Positions 56,029 to 64,000 of a stretch of 64,000 nucleotides of DNA are shown here, piece by piece (within the stretch, counting starts at the first letter, position 1; the number at the start of each line of letters is the position of its first letter). The notes beneath the pieces were generated by a model that saw only the letters and a list, made by a program, of their open reading frames with translations, had not been told where the DNA came from and did not search any database. A program made the position numbers and the translations under genes. The stretch is taken from IMG/VR virus record IMGVR_UViG_3300047472_000309, positions 124,001 to 188,000 of that record; one strand, 5' to 3'.

Positions 56029-56580
56029 CTACTGCTTATGCATGTGTGCCACTAACAACTCTGATACTCTCTTCCAGCTTTCCACCGACGGCATCTTCAA
56101 GATCGGCAAGTTCTCGATGTGCGCGAACGACGGCTGCACGCTGAGCTCATTGCGATCCTTCTCGGCATCAAGAAGTCGTTGTTCAGCAGAGCGAATGCCT
56201 GTCGGTTCCAACGGACCATGGAACTCCGGTGGCGGTCCGAACATCGGAATGAAATGCTCGACAGTACGTGTGCGCGGAATCCTGATATCGTCCAGGATTT
56301 CGGCAAGCGGCTTGGGCAGCGTCAGCACAAACCGGAAGAAGTCAGCATCGTGAACGCGCGTATAGACGTCGCAATCCACCATGCGTTCTTGCAACTCGCG
56401 CGCCCAACCGTAGCCGACTGCCATATGCCAACGCTCGGTGAGTGAGAGCGAGATCTTTTCGGACCAGACTTCACCCGGCCGAGTCCTAAGCCCAGGATGC
56501 CAGCAACGCCACTCTTCACCTTTAGGCGCATAGCCGATTTGCCACAGCTTCGGGCGCCAGCTCATCTCACCTAAATTCAT
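56029..56580 (-). CDS. hypothetical protein
   Basis: 183 aa. Confidence 0.65.
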   Translation of the reverse strand: MNLGEMSWRPKLWQIGYAPKGEEWRCWHPGLRTRPGEVWSEKISLSLTERWHMAVGYGWARELQERMVDCDVYTRVHDADFFRFVLTLPKPLAEILDDIRIPRTRTVEHFIPMFGPPPEFHGPLEPTGIRSAEQRLLDAEKDRNELSVQPSFAHIENLPILKMPSVESWKRVSELLVAHMHKQ

Positions 56581-56867
56581 ACCGCGTCCTTATAACGAAG
56601 TTCCAACACGTCCACCTCCCATTTGGTGCCGCCGACACGCCGCTTCGCATCGGCGTCGTGGCGCATGCGCATGAGGAAATGATGCGTGAATGATTTGCGC
56701 GTAGCGGTTTCCACCAGCGTCTGTTGAGCTCCCGGTGCGTAGATCGCGGAGCGCTCGATTTCGACGACGGTGTTGAAGTTCTCAGGCCGCGTGAGCTCCT
56801 GGCGTTTGATCTTACCAATGACTCGCACGCGTGCCTGGACTTCAATCTTCTTTTTTGTTCTGTCCAT
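56577..56867 (-). CDS. hypothetical protein
   Basis: probable start MDRTKK. Confidence 0.6.
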   Translation of the reverse strand: MDRTKKKIEVQARVRVIGKIKRQELTRPENFNTVVEIERSAIYAPGAQQTLVETATRKSFTHHFLMRMRHDADAKRRVGGTKWEVDVLELRYKDAV

Positions 56868-56887
56868 TGTAATGACCTTTTTCGCAG

Positions 56888-57172
56888 TTAGAGACGCACC
56901 GCTGCACTCGTGACTGCTTCGCCGTGACCGAACTGTTCCACAGTGAGATGACCTGTGACAGGCTTCCAAGTCGGCCGGATCAATGCATTACGAACCAACG
57001 ACTGACCCTGTAGCGTCGAGCGCAACATTCCAAAATCATGACTCGCTGCTTCTCCATGCGGATACAACGTGGCGTCCTGGATGTTCTCATGGAAGCCCTG
57101 CGGCGTGCGTTGTCCGTTGGAATAGTAGAGCTTGCGACCATCGTCGCAGTTGAGTATGATCAGATTAAGCAT
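56888..57172 (-). CDS. hypothetical protein
   Basis: start MLNLII after GGAGG. Confidence 0.6.
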   Translation of the reverse strand: MLNLIILNCDDGRKLYYSNGQRTPQGFHENIQDATLYPHGEAASHDFGMLRSTLQGQSLVRNALIRPTWKPVTGHLTVEQFGHGEAVTSAAVRL

Positions 57173-57242
57173 ACAACCTCCCCTAGGGAAACACATATCT
57201 GATGAACCCCCACACCGGTCCTCTTTCCTGGAGCGCATTATA

Positions 57243-57638
57243 ATGACTGCTGATACCCCAGTGACCACCATCCTCAGTGTGGTTCAAACAACTTCCAGCG
57301 GTGATCGTCCTAACAATCCCGGCATTATCCAGGAAGCCCAGCGTCTGGGTGTTCTGGAAGCAACCAATCCGACTAAACTCGGTGCTGCAGTCCTTGCGAA
57401 TCCGCAAGGGGTAGTGCTGAACTTTGCGCACGCGATCTTTGCGGCGATTGCGTTCACGAAAGAACGCGAAGAGCATGATGCGACGCAACCCAAACCGGTG
57501 ACCAGTGAGCAGGATCTGTGGCAGTACATCGAGCGCATGATTGCGAAGTGTAATGCCGCGGGTCTGGCCTTTACGATCACCCTGGATGAAAACGGGAAAA
57601 TGATTCCCGCCATCCAAAAAGCAGCGCCCACCGCGTAA
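57243..57638 (+). CDS. hypothetical protein (isolated + strand gene)
   Basis: start MTADTP after GGAG; followed by hairpin + TTTATGCC. Confidence 0.7.
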   Translation: MTADTPVTTILSVVQTTSSGDRPNNPGIIQEAQRLGVLEATNPTKLGAAVLANPQGVVLNFAHAIFAAIAFTKEREEHDATQPKPVTSEQDLWQYIERMIAKCNAAGLAFTITLDENGKMIPAIQKAAPTA

Positions 57639-57684
57639 CGCGAGGCAGACGCTTTCCCCCGGCCGCTGCCGGGGGTTTATGCCG

Positions 57685-58278
57685 TCAATAGTCCGGCTGA
57701 ATCAGACGCTTGGCAGGCAACTGCTTGAAACCTTGCTTACCATTAATGCGCGGTTCATGCGCGAGGTGTTCGCGATACAGCGTAAAGTTAAACGTGCCAT
57801 CGCTGATGTGGTTATACACGTCGACTGCGGCCTTCTTCATGTTGTTCATGCCAGGATGTGCGTTCAGCGAATAATCCACTTCCAGCATATCGAGCAGTTC
57901 TTGGGCGATAGGGTGCGCACGACCATGCGGGCCACGAACTTTGCGCCAGACCAGGTAACGAATCCGGACCTTCGTGCGATCATCATCGAAACAGATGACT
58001 TTCGCCAGATGGTACGTGCTCGAGGCCTGGGTGCGTTTGGTCACCAGATCGCCGTGGAGCTTAAATTCAAATGCGACGTAACCGTCACCCGCTTCCTGTC
58101 CGTAAGTGAGCGCTTGCGGGTTCTGGGGATTGTTCAAGTTATGGCCCCGTACCCACGACAACAAAGTGAGTGCGAGGTCATGTAGATTCCGTTCAATCAA
58201 CGGCGTCAGCGATTGGGGCTGCTGCGTCTTTTCGTCGATACAGTTCCAGTCACGCAGCGTTTCCGTTGGGATCATCAC
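57685..58278 (-). CDS. hypothetical protein
   Basis: 197 aa, ACAAGGAG RBS. Confidence 0.7.
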   Translation of the reverse strand: MMIPTETLRDWNCIDEKTQQPQSLTPLIERNLHDLALTLLSWVRGHNLNNPQNPQALTYGQEAGDGYVAFEFKLHGDLVTKRTQASSTYHLAKVICFDDDRTKVRIRYLVWRKVRGPHGRAHPIAQELLDMLEVDYSLNAHPGMNNMKKAAVDVYNHISDGTFNFTLYREHLAHEPRINGKQGFKQLPAKRLIQPDY

Positions 58279-58382
58279 CTAACTCCTTGTTATTGTTGAC
58301 ATCTCGGCCATATACAGCATAAAAGGAGGCTACCCCGTTAGTTTTACCTAGCGGGAATAGCGCTCCTTATGCTCGTTGTGAA

Positions 58383-59474
58383 TTAGAGCTTCACTTCTTC
58401 CATGTAAAACGGCTGCTTCAGGTACACCGAACCCACCGCCTTCTGGTCTTCGATGTCAATCAACTCCGCCCACACTTCTTCACTGCCCCGAACCAACTGC
58501 GACTTCAACGCCTGGAACGGCAAGGGTTCTTCACCCTGCGCCAGGTCCTTCACGTCGCTCATTTCCATCAGACTGCGCAACAACTCCACGCCCTCGTTCA
58601 TGCTGACGATGAGCGCTTCATCGGGTACGTAGTCTTCACTGGTCTGCCCATCGGCGGTGAGCCAGAGGTCCGCCATCGGTTCCCGCACGATGCGTACGGT
58701 GAAATGATGGGCGTCACTGATCTTCACTACCGTGCGCAGCAAATGCGTCTCGACGGTCTCCTCTCGATTCACGTCGACGATTTCGAGCACCACCTTCTCG
58801 TACCACCACAGCCCTTTGGAGGGGCTGCCGTCGGCGTCCTGGGGTACTTCTTCGGTATAGTCGGCCGGACGCCTACAGAGGTGCAGCTTGAGCTGCGACC
58901 AGCCATCGCTTTGCTCGAGTGCCGTGTCTGCGCTTTCCACCGACTCATGGTCCACACCGATTTCACCAATCGTCGCATCCTGCAATTGCTGGATGATCTG
59001 TCGCACTAAGTTAATGTGCCCGTAGAGGGTTGCTTCCTCCTTGTTCACGGTGAGGTTGATGTTGGCATCTTCGTCGACGTTGATATACACGTCATCCTGG
59101 CCTTCGCGCACGACTTTCAGCTGAAAAGCATCGGAGTCTTGCGAGCTGGCAGGCGCCTTGGCGCTATCGTCCATGTAGGCGATGCTGTGCATGATCGCAT
59201 CGTCATCGGTGCGCACGACGTACAGTGCTGCCACGTCCCCATCGAGTTGCTCTTTCAGACTGATGAAAAGCCCGTCGCCGATCTCATCATTGGCAATCGC
59301 CTCCAGCTTCGTAATCGCCATGGCCAGATCACTGAACTGGGCCGCCTGGTCGCGTTGCGCCCAGAATTCCCGATCGAACAAGAACGCGTAAAAGGCCTCT
59401 GCGGTGTTGCCGGACTTCACGCATTTGATCATGTACTGCGACTGCATCGGGCTGGTCGCTTGCAACTCATTCAT
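58383..59474 (-). CDS. acidic hypothetical protein
   Basis: 363 aa, Asp/Glu-rich, hints of three repeated modules. Confidence 0.75.
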   Translation of the reverse strand: MNELQATSPMQSQYMIKCVKSGNTAEAFYAFLFDREFWAQRDQAAQFSDLAMAITKLEAIANDEIGDGLFISLKEQLDGDVAALYVVRTDDDAIMHSIAYMDDSAKAPASSQDSDAFQLKVVREGQDDVYINVDEDANINLTVNKEEATLYGHINLVRQIIQQLQDATIGEIGVDHESVESADTALEQSDGWSQLKLHLCRRPADYTEEVPQDADGSPSKGLWWYEKVVLEIVDVNREETVETHLLRTVVKISDAHHFTVRIVREPMADLWLTADGQTSEDYVPDEALIVSMNEGVELLRSLMEMSDVKDLAQGEEPLPFQALKSQLVRGSEEVWAELIDIEDQKAVGSVYLKQPFYMEEVKL

Positions 59475-59488
59475 CTCACTGCTCCTCG

Positions 59489-59821
59489 TTAAGAACGGTT
59501 AAAAGAACCCAGGTCAAACGTGCTCTCCGCGTGAGCACCATCGCTCAGGGCTCGTTCGAGCGCCGAGGAGTTCGACATGAGATCGTCCATCTGTTTGATC
59601 TTCTCTTGCAGGAATGCATCCGGGTACTCGCCGCGGTTGATACGTTCGAGCACCACCGTGTAGTTCGCATCCATGAAATACTTCGCCAAGCGACGGCGGT
59701 AAAACTGGCGACGATCCTGCATGATCGCCCCCGACCCGCGCACCTTTTCGGCCTCCAGCGCTAGGTTATTGAGTTTCCGCACGAACTCTTGACCCAGCTC
59801 TTTCTGTGTGGTATCGGTCAT
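59489..59821 (-). CDS. hypothetical protein
   Basis: 110 aa, GGAGG RBS. Confidence 0.7.
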   Translation of the reverse strand: MTDTTQKELGQEFVRKLNNLALEAEKVRGSGAIMQDRRQFYRRRLAKYFMDANYTVVLERINRGEYPDAFLQEKIKQMDDLMSNSSALERALSDGAHAESTFDLGSFNRS

Positions 59822-59946
59822 AATACTTCCTCCAAAGTTAACGACCTCGGTTGCATTGCTACTTGATGATATATGTTTATTTTGTCCTTCAATAGAAAAG
59901 AAAAAGGAACCGGAGGACTCGGGAGCCCGAGGGCTCCCGATGCACC

Positions 59947-60672
59947 TTAGTGCAAGTCCAGCTCCGCCAATGCACGCGAACCGAAGGCGGTCACGCCGCC
60001 TGCCAGCCCGTCACGCTGCACTTCGCTCACCAGTTGAATGGTTTGCCGGGCGTAGCACAACTCCTGGACGTCGGTTTTAATCGGCGCCTGGGTAAAACCC
60101 ATGCGCTGCCACTCCCGCAGAATTTCCTCGGCCTTCTGCGTCGCGACGAGCTTGCTCACCCAGCAGCAATGCGCGTCGAACATCGGGTCACCCACGCCTG
60201 ACCACTCTCCCCCGACAAAGTGGTAGACCGGCATGTCGCTACCGCCGTACCAGAGGGACTCGTGTTCGCGTCCTTCCAGTGTGAGCTTGATCCCAAAGCG
60301 TCTCGATGGCTTACCTGCGATACGGTCCGATGCGGTTGTGATGATCTGGAAGGTGCTTTCCTTTGTCACCCGAATCACATCGGAGACGGCGTGCGGCGGC
60401 AAACCATCAATCTTGGAGCGGATCACTTCTTTGATGATGAGTTCGCGGATCTTGTCGTAATCCCCCGGATCACGGTAGTCAAAATCCACCAACCCGAGAC
60501 TGTCCATCGACGGTGTCAGCATGCCATCGGGTACGTGCACGGTGTCGGACACGACGAGCGTCCGCACGAGCTTATTGTCCTTATACGCTGGGTGGCGAAG
60601 TTCAAAGGTAATCTTCTTCACCCAGGTCGGTGCATTGTTCATTTCAATCCTCTTAGTGGCTGTAATAGCCAT
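59947..60672 (-). CDS. hypothetical protein
   Basis: 241 aa. Confidence 0.7.
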   Translation of the reverse strand: MAITATKRIEMNNAPTWVKKITFELRHPAYKDNKLVRTLVVSDTVHVPDGMLTPSMDSLGLVDFDYRDPGDYDKIRELIIKEVIRSKIDGLPPHAVSDVIRVTKESTFQIITTASDRIAGKPSRRFGIKLTLEGREHESLWYGGSDMPVYHFVGGEWSGVGDPMFDAHCCWVSKLVATQKAEEILREWQRMGFTQAPIKTDVQELCYARQTIQLVSEVQRDGLAGGVTAFGSRALAELDLH

Positions 60673-60881
60673 TTATCATACCGCCTATCAATGCACCCAG
60701 ACACAAGAGTGCAAAAATAAGATCGGCTATTGTTATTTTCAATTTACTCATGGCGCATCGTCGATTTTGAACGGAGAGAGGGCGAACGCTTAGCAGAGCG
60801 TGTGTCGCTTGCGAGCACAACGGTCTGTGCCCTCCCCCGTTCATGGAACAGTACTCACTCGATGATGCCACTACGTTAATT

Positions 60882-61619
60882 TTACCAACCGGTCCCGACT
60901 GACCAGCCACGGCCCCGAATGACGGCGTAACCACTGTCCCGATACACGGGATAGGGCTGGTAGTAACGCGGCTGTGAGCGCACCACATAACCCGGCTGGA
61001 CATAGACTGGTTGCGGGGCGATATACACCGGCCGGGGCGGCGGTTGATAGCCAGGCGGCGGATACGGGTCGTAGCCATACTCTTCCATGGCTTCTTGCCG
61101 ATTGCGCCAGCTCGGTGCACGCCCAAAGTCCGTAGCAGGCTGGTAGTAGCGCGGGTCCGGCTGCACGACATTCACCACAACCGGCGGCTGAGCAGCACGT
61201 ACGTACTGTTGCGGTTGCGGCTGATAGGCGACCTCAGCTTGTTGTTGGGGCGCAGCATAGACGGGCGCTGGCGCTTGACGCACAACAGGTTGAGGGATGG
61301 CAGCCACTTGGGCGGCTTGGGGGTAGCCTGCGTAAGCTTTCGGTAACGGCGGCAGGGGCGGATAGTTTTGGGCATCTTTTTCTTTTTGTTCTGCGGCGCC
61401 TTGTATCCGACCATTACGGAAGGCACGGGCGGTTCCCGTCATCGGGGCGGCAGGGTCTTCCTGCGCGCCGTCGATGTTGTACTGGCTTTCGGGGATGACG
61501 CGCTCATTCGGGGCGAGCGCAAGATCCTCAGTGCCATCATAGGCGCTGAGCGGGCCGTCTGCGAGCGCCGTGCTCGAGACACTAACAAGCAATGCAGCTG
61601 CTAACAGATGCTTAATCAT
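60882..61619 (-). CDS. secreted Pro/Gln/Tyr-rich protein
   Basis: signal peptide MIKHLLAAALLVSVSSTALA; PPPPRPVY and QPVYVQP repeats. Confidence 0.75.
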   Translation of the reverse strand: MIKHLLAAALLVSVSSTALADGPLSAYDGTEDLALAPNERVIPESQYNIDGAQEDPAAPMTGTARAFRNGRIQGAAEQKEKDAQNYPPLPPLPKAYAGYPQAAQVAAIPQPVVRQAPAPVYAAPQQQAEVAYQPQPQQYVRAAQPPVVVNVVQPDPRYYQPATDFGRAPSWRNRQEAMEEYGYDPYPPPGYQPPPRPVYIAPQPVYVQPGYVVRSQPRYYQPYPVYRDSGYAVIRGRGWSVGTGW

Positions 61620-61694
61620 TACGTTCTCCTGAAAGAAAGCGACGTCATAAACGCCCGAGGGGAAACCCTCGGGCCGTATGCTGCTTAATGCTAC

Positions 61695-63359
61695 TTAACG
61701 CTTGACAGCGTGGCTACCAAAGCCTTCGGCGATCAGCGACTTGACGATGTCATCGAGCTCGTTCTTCTCGAACACGATGCCCTTGATGGTGACTTGCTGA
61801 TTCACCAACGACAGTTGCGAGACGGCGCCCGACTCACGGCCGTAGCCGAGCGCCCGCAGTTCTTCAACGAGCTGACGGCATTCGGCGAAGCTGAACTTCT
61901 CGCCCTTGATGGGAATGGCCAGTTCGATCAGAGGGGCGGCGATCGGCGCAGCCTTCGGGGTGACTTGCACGAGCGAGGGGGTGGCGTTGTACTTCGAATT
62001 GGTTGCGGCAGACATGTCTTCGGTTTCCTTGTTGTCGGCGATTTCGGGTTGTGCTGCGGGCTGCTCAGTTTGCACCGGCAGTTCTTGTTGCGGCGACTTC
62101 GCTTGGGCTGCTGCGCGCTGAGTGGCGTGATACGCCGCCAGCGGTTCGTTCACTTTCAGCTTCGGGTTGGCAATACCGGGCTTCAGTACCCAGACATTCG
62201 CGCGGCCTTCCTTGGAGATGTCGAACCACCCTTCGATGCCCAATGCCGAGAGACGATTGGTGATGCTCTTGGCTGACTGGCTTGGACGCACCAACTGCAC
62301 CAGCGTGATCACGTCCTCCGACTTGTACGGCTTGTGGTCGGACATCACCTTCCAGATGAGCGTGTTCAAATGGTCGTCTTCCGCCATCGTCGGGGCAAGG
62401 TCAATCACGGGATTCATCGGTGCTTCCGGGGTTGTGTTCACTTTCTCGACGGCTTCAGCCGAGGCCTCTTCCTGCGCCAGGACGCTCGCGCCGTCCACCT
62501 TCTCAGCACGCTCAGCATTGAGCGCATCGGAGACGATCGAGAACACTGAACCGACTTCGCGCGACGCCGAATGCAGCGGCGCGAAGTTGCCCTGCGCGCT
62601 GGATTCATACATCGCACCGACACGCACTTCGCGTTGGCTCTCGGCCGCGGACGCCGTGAGATTGCCACGGATCTGGGCGAGCGCCGTTTGCTCTTCCAGG
62701 AGCACCTGGTTCAGCGGCTTGGGCATCGGCACGTGCTTCTTCATCGAGTAGCGCATGCCGCCCGAACCACCATCGCGACGGTCGAAGTAGTTACGCGAGT
62801 TGATCATCGAATCGACCCGACGATTGATCTGCACGCGATCGAACTTGTACTCGGCCAGCATCGCACAGATTTCGTTCTTGGTGCGGGCCTTGTTATCGGA
62901 CATCACCTTCCAGATCGCCACATCCAGACCTTCTTCGAGGACGATGACGCCCTTGGGGTCCGGGGCTTGGCGAGTGCCCACTGGGTCAGTGAGCTTGAAC
63001 GCAGCGGCTTTGTTGCGGGCACTGGTGATGGTTTCCACCGGCTTACGCTTGAGGGTGTAAGTTGCGGGACGACCTGTAATAGTCATGATTTCGAATTTTC
63101 CTTCATTGACGAACTTGTTCATGAGAGCCGGAATCTGATCTGCGTCCGGATGCTTGGCCAAACAGCGCTGCACATCGCCTACCGTCCAACCCCGGTAGTT
63201 AGTCATCAGTGCGAGCATCGCCACGTCGATGTCTTCGAGTGCGGTCGGTGCGTTCTCAGCTGCCGCCAGTTGTTGCGCAAAAGGTTTCTCAGGCTTCGCC
63301 GGAGTGAACAATTGGTGAATGTTACGCAGATCTTTCAGGGCACGACCTTTAGCCATCAC
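61695..63359 (-). CDS. protein with three winged-helix-like repeats
   Basis: AMLALMTNYRGWTVGDV / AIWKVMSDNKARTKNEI / LIWKVMSDHKPYKSEDV, each ending Y/W.LK. Confidence 0.7.
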   Translation of the reverse strand: MMAKGRALKDLRNIHQLFTPAKPEKPFAQQLAAAENAPTALEDIDVAMLALMTNYRGWTVGDVQRCLAKHPDADQIPALMNKFVNEGKFEIMTITGRPATYTLKRKPVETITSARNKAAAFKLTDPVGTRQAPDPKGVIVLEEGLDVAIWKVMSDNKARTKNEICAMLAEYKFDRVQINRRVDSMINSRNYFDRRDGGSGGMRYSMKKHVPMPKPLNQVLLEEQTALAQIRGNLTASAAESQREVRVGAMYESSAQGNFAPLHSASREVGSVFSIVSDALNAERAEKVDGASVLAQEEASAEAVEKVNTTPEAPMNPVIDLAPTMAEDDHLNTLIWKVMSDHKPYKSEDVITLVQLVRPSQSAKSITNRLSALGIEGWFDISKEGRANVWVLKPGIANPKLKVNEPLAAYHATQRAAAQAKSPQQELPVQTEQPAAQPEIADNKETEDMSAATNSKYNATPSLVQVTPKAAPIAAPLIELAIPIKGEKFSFAECRQLVEELRALGYGRESGAVSQLSLVNQQVTIKGIVFEKNELDDIVKSLIAEGFGSHAVKR

Positions 63360-63432
63360 AAACAGCTCCTTTATCTTCTTCGTTGATCAATTCAAGCCTA
63401 GGAGAAGAATGTACTACAACCTTCTCACTCCT

Positions 63433-63449
63433 GTTATATAGGGCTGATT
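63433..63449 (-). promoter_or_regulatory. early promoter motif
   Basis: AATCAGCCCTATATAAC on minus strand. Confidence 0.55.
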
Positions 63450-63551
63450 TTATCTGGAATCCTTGATCTGGGTCCTCATTCCACCATAGACAGATCATGG
63501 CGAGCACGAGTAAAAACGGCATAGACCCAGGGCCGTAGCCCTGGGCATCGA

Positions 63552-64000
63552 TTAGGTCGGGTTCGACCAGACGATCTTGGCAATGGCCGCTGGATCGCTC
63601 AGCATCATCACCTGCACTTCGAGCTGGGCCTTTTGGGCGATGCACTTGCTAATCCAGTTAAAGCCATCGATGCCGACTTGCTGGATTTGCGCAGCGTTGT
63701 GACCGCGCATTGCCCAGTTGCTGTAGCGGTCCGCACACCAGAAGAGCACCGAGGTGAACCCCGGCAACATCGAGCGCTGCACCGCTGCATTCAGGTTCGC
63801 CTGATCCGTGCTTTTGGCCGGATAGTGGTAGACTGCCCCCAGCGCACTGGAATTGAAGCCACCGACAATAGCGGCTGCACAAGCGTCGTCGATTTGCTGG
63901 ATTTGCAGGTTCTGGATTTCCCCCAACGGCGTGGGGATGTCCGCCAGCGCTTCCGCATCACTGATCACCGTAGCACCGGCAGGCAGATCATGCGCGAACG
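63552..64000 (-). CDS. tail-fibre assembly / DUF4376-like protein (5' end beyond window)
   Basis: AC..AI.GGF.S.ALG..YHYP....DQANL, FWCAD...W....H.AAQIQQVG.D. Confidence 0.75.
   Translation of the reverse strand, partial: FAHDLPAGATVISDAEALADIPTPLGEIQNLQIQQIDDACAAAIVGGFNSSALGAVYHYPAKSTDQANLNAAVQRSMLPGFTSVLFWCADRYSNWAMRGHNAAQIQQVGIDGFNWISKCIAQKAQLEVQVMMLSDPAAIAKIVWSNPT

Overview
This window is part of a phiKZ-like jumbo phage genome (Chimalliviridae-like). The host is probably in the Burkholderiales, inferred from a host-like PpiB, lytic transglycosylase and Dcd. It is an accessory/early region of mostly minus-strand small hypothetical genes, with TTTCA-N4-TATATTAC early-promoter motifs and GC hairpins followed by TATG. 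Highlights: (1) a ~40-unit, 36-bp-period dual-repeat array (TGATACACT-N9-TGGGTGAMT-N9, 38621-40071) directly upstream of a nuclease-less IS110/Nop-domain gene, i.e. a TIGR-Tas (TasA-type) RNA-guided system; (2) beside a normal tRNA-Tyr, two CCA-ended tRNA-like RNAs with no anticodon loop and an identically bulged acceptor stem, one of which carries a second, circularly permuted tRNA body (a double-elbow RNA); (3) a cyclophilin-Tad1 anti-defence sponge fusion; (4) three long ORF-poor structured regions that are candidate ncRNAs; (5) orphan HicB/HigA-like antitoxins, an HNH endonuclease, papain-like and Ntn proteases, a dCTP deaminase and a run of small membrane proteins. All family calls come from motif recognition by eye; no searches were run.
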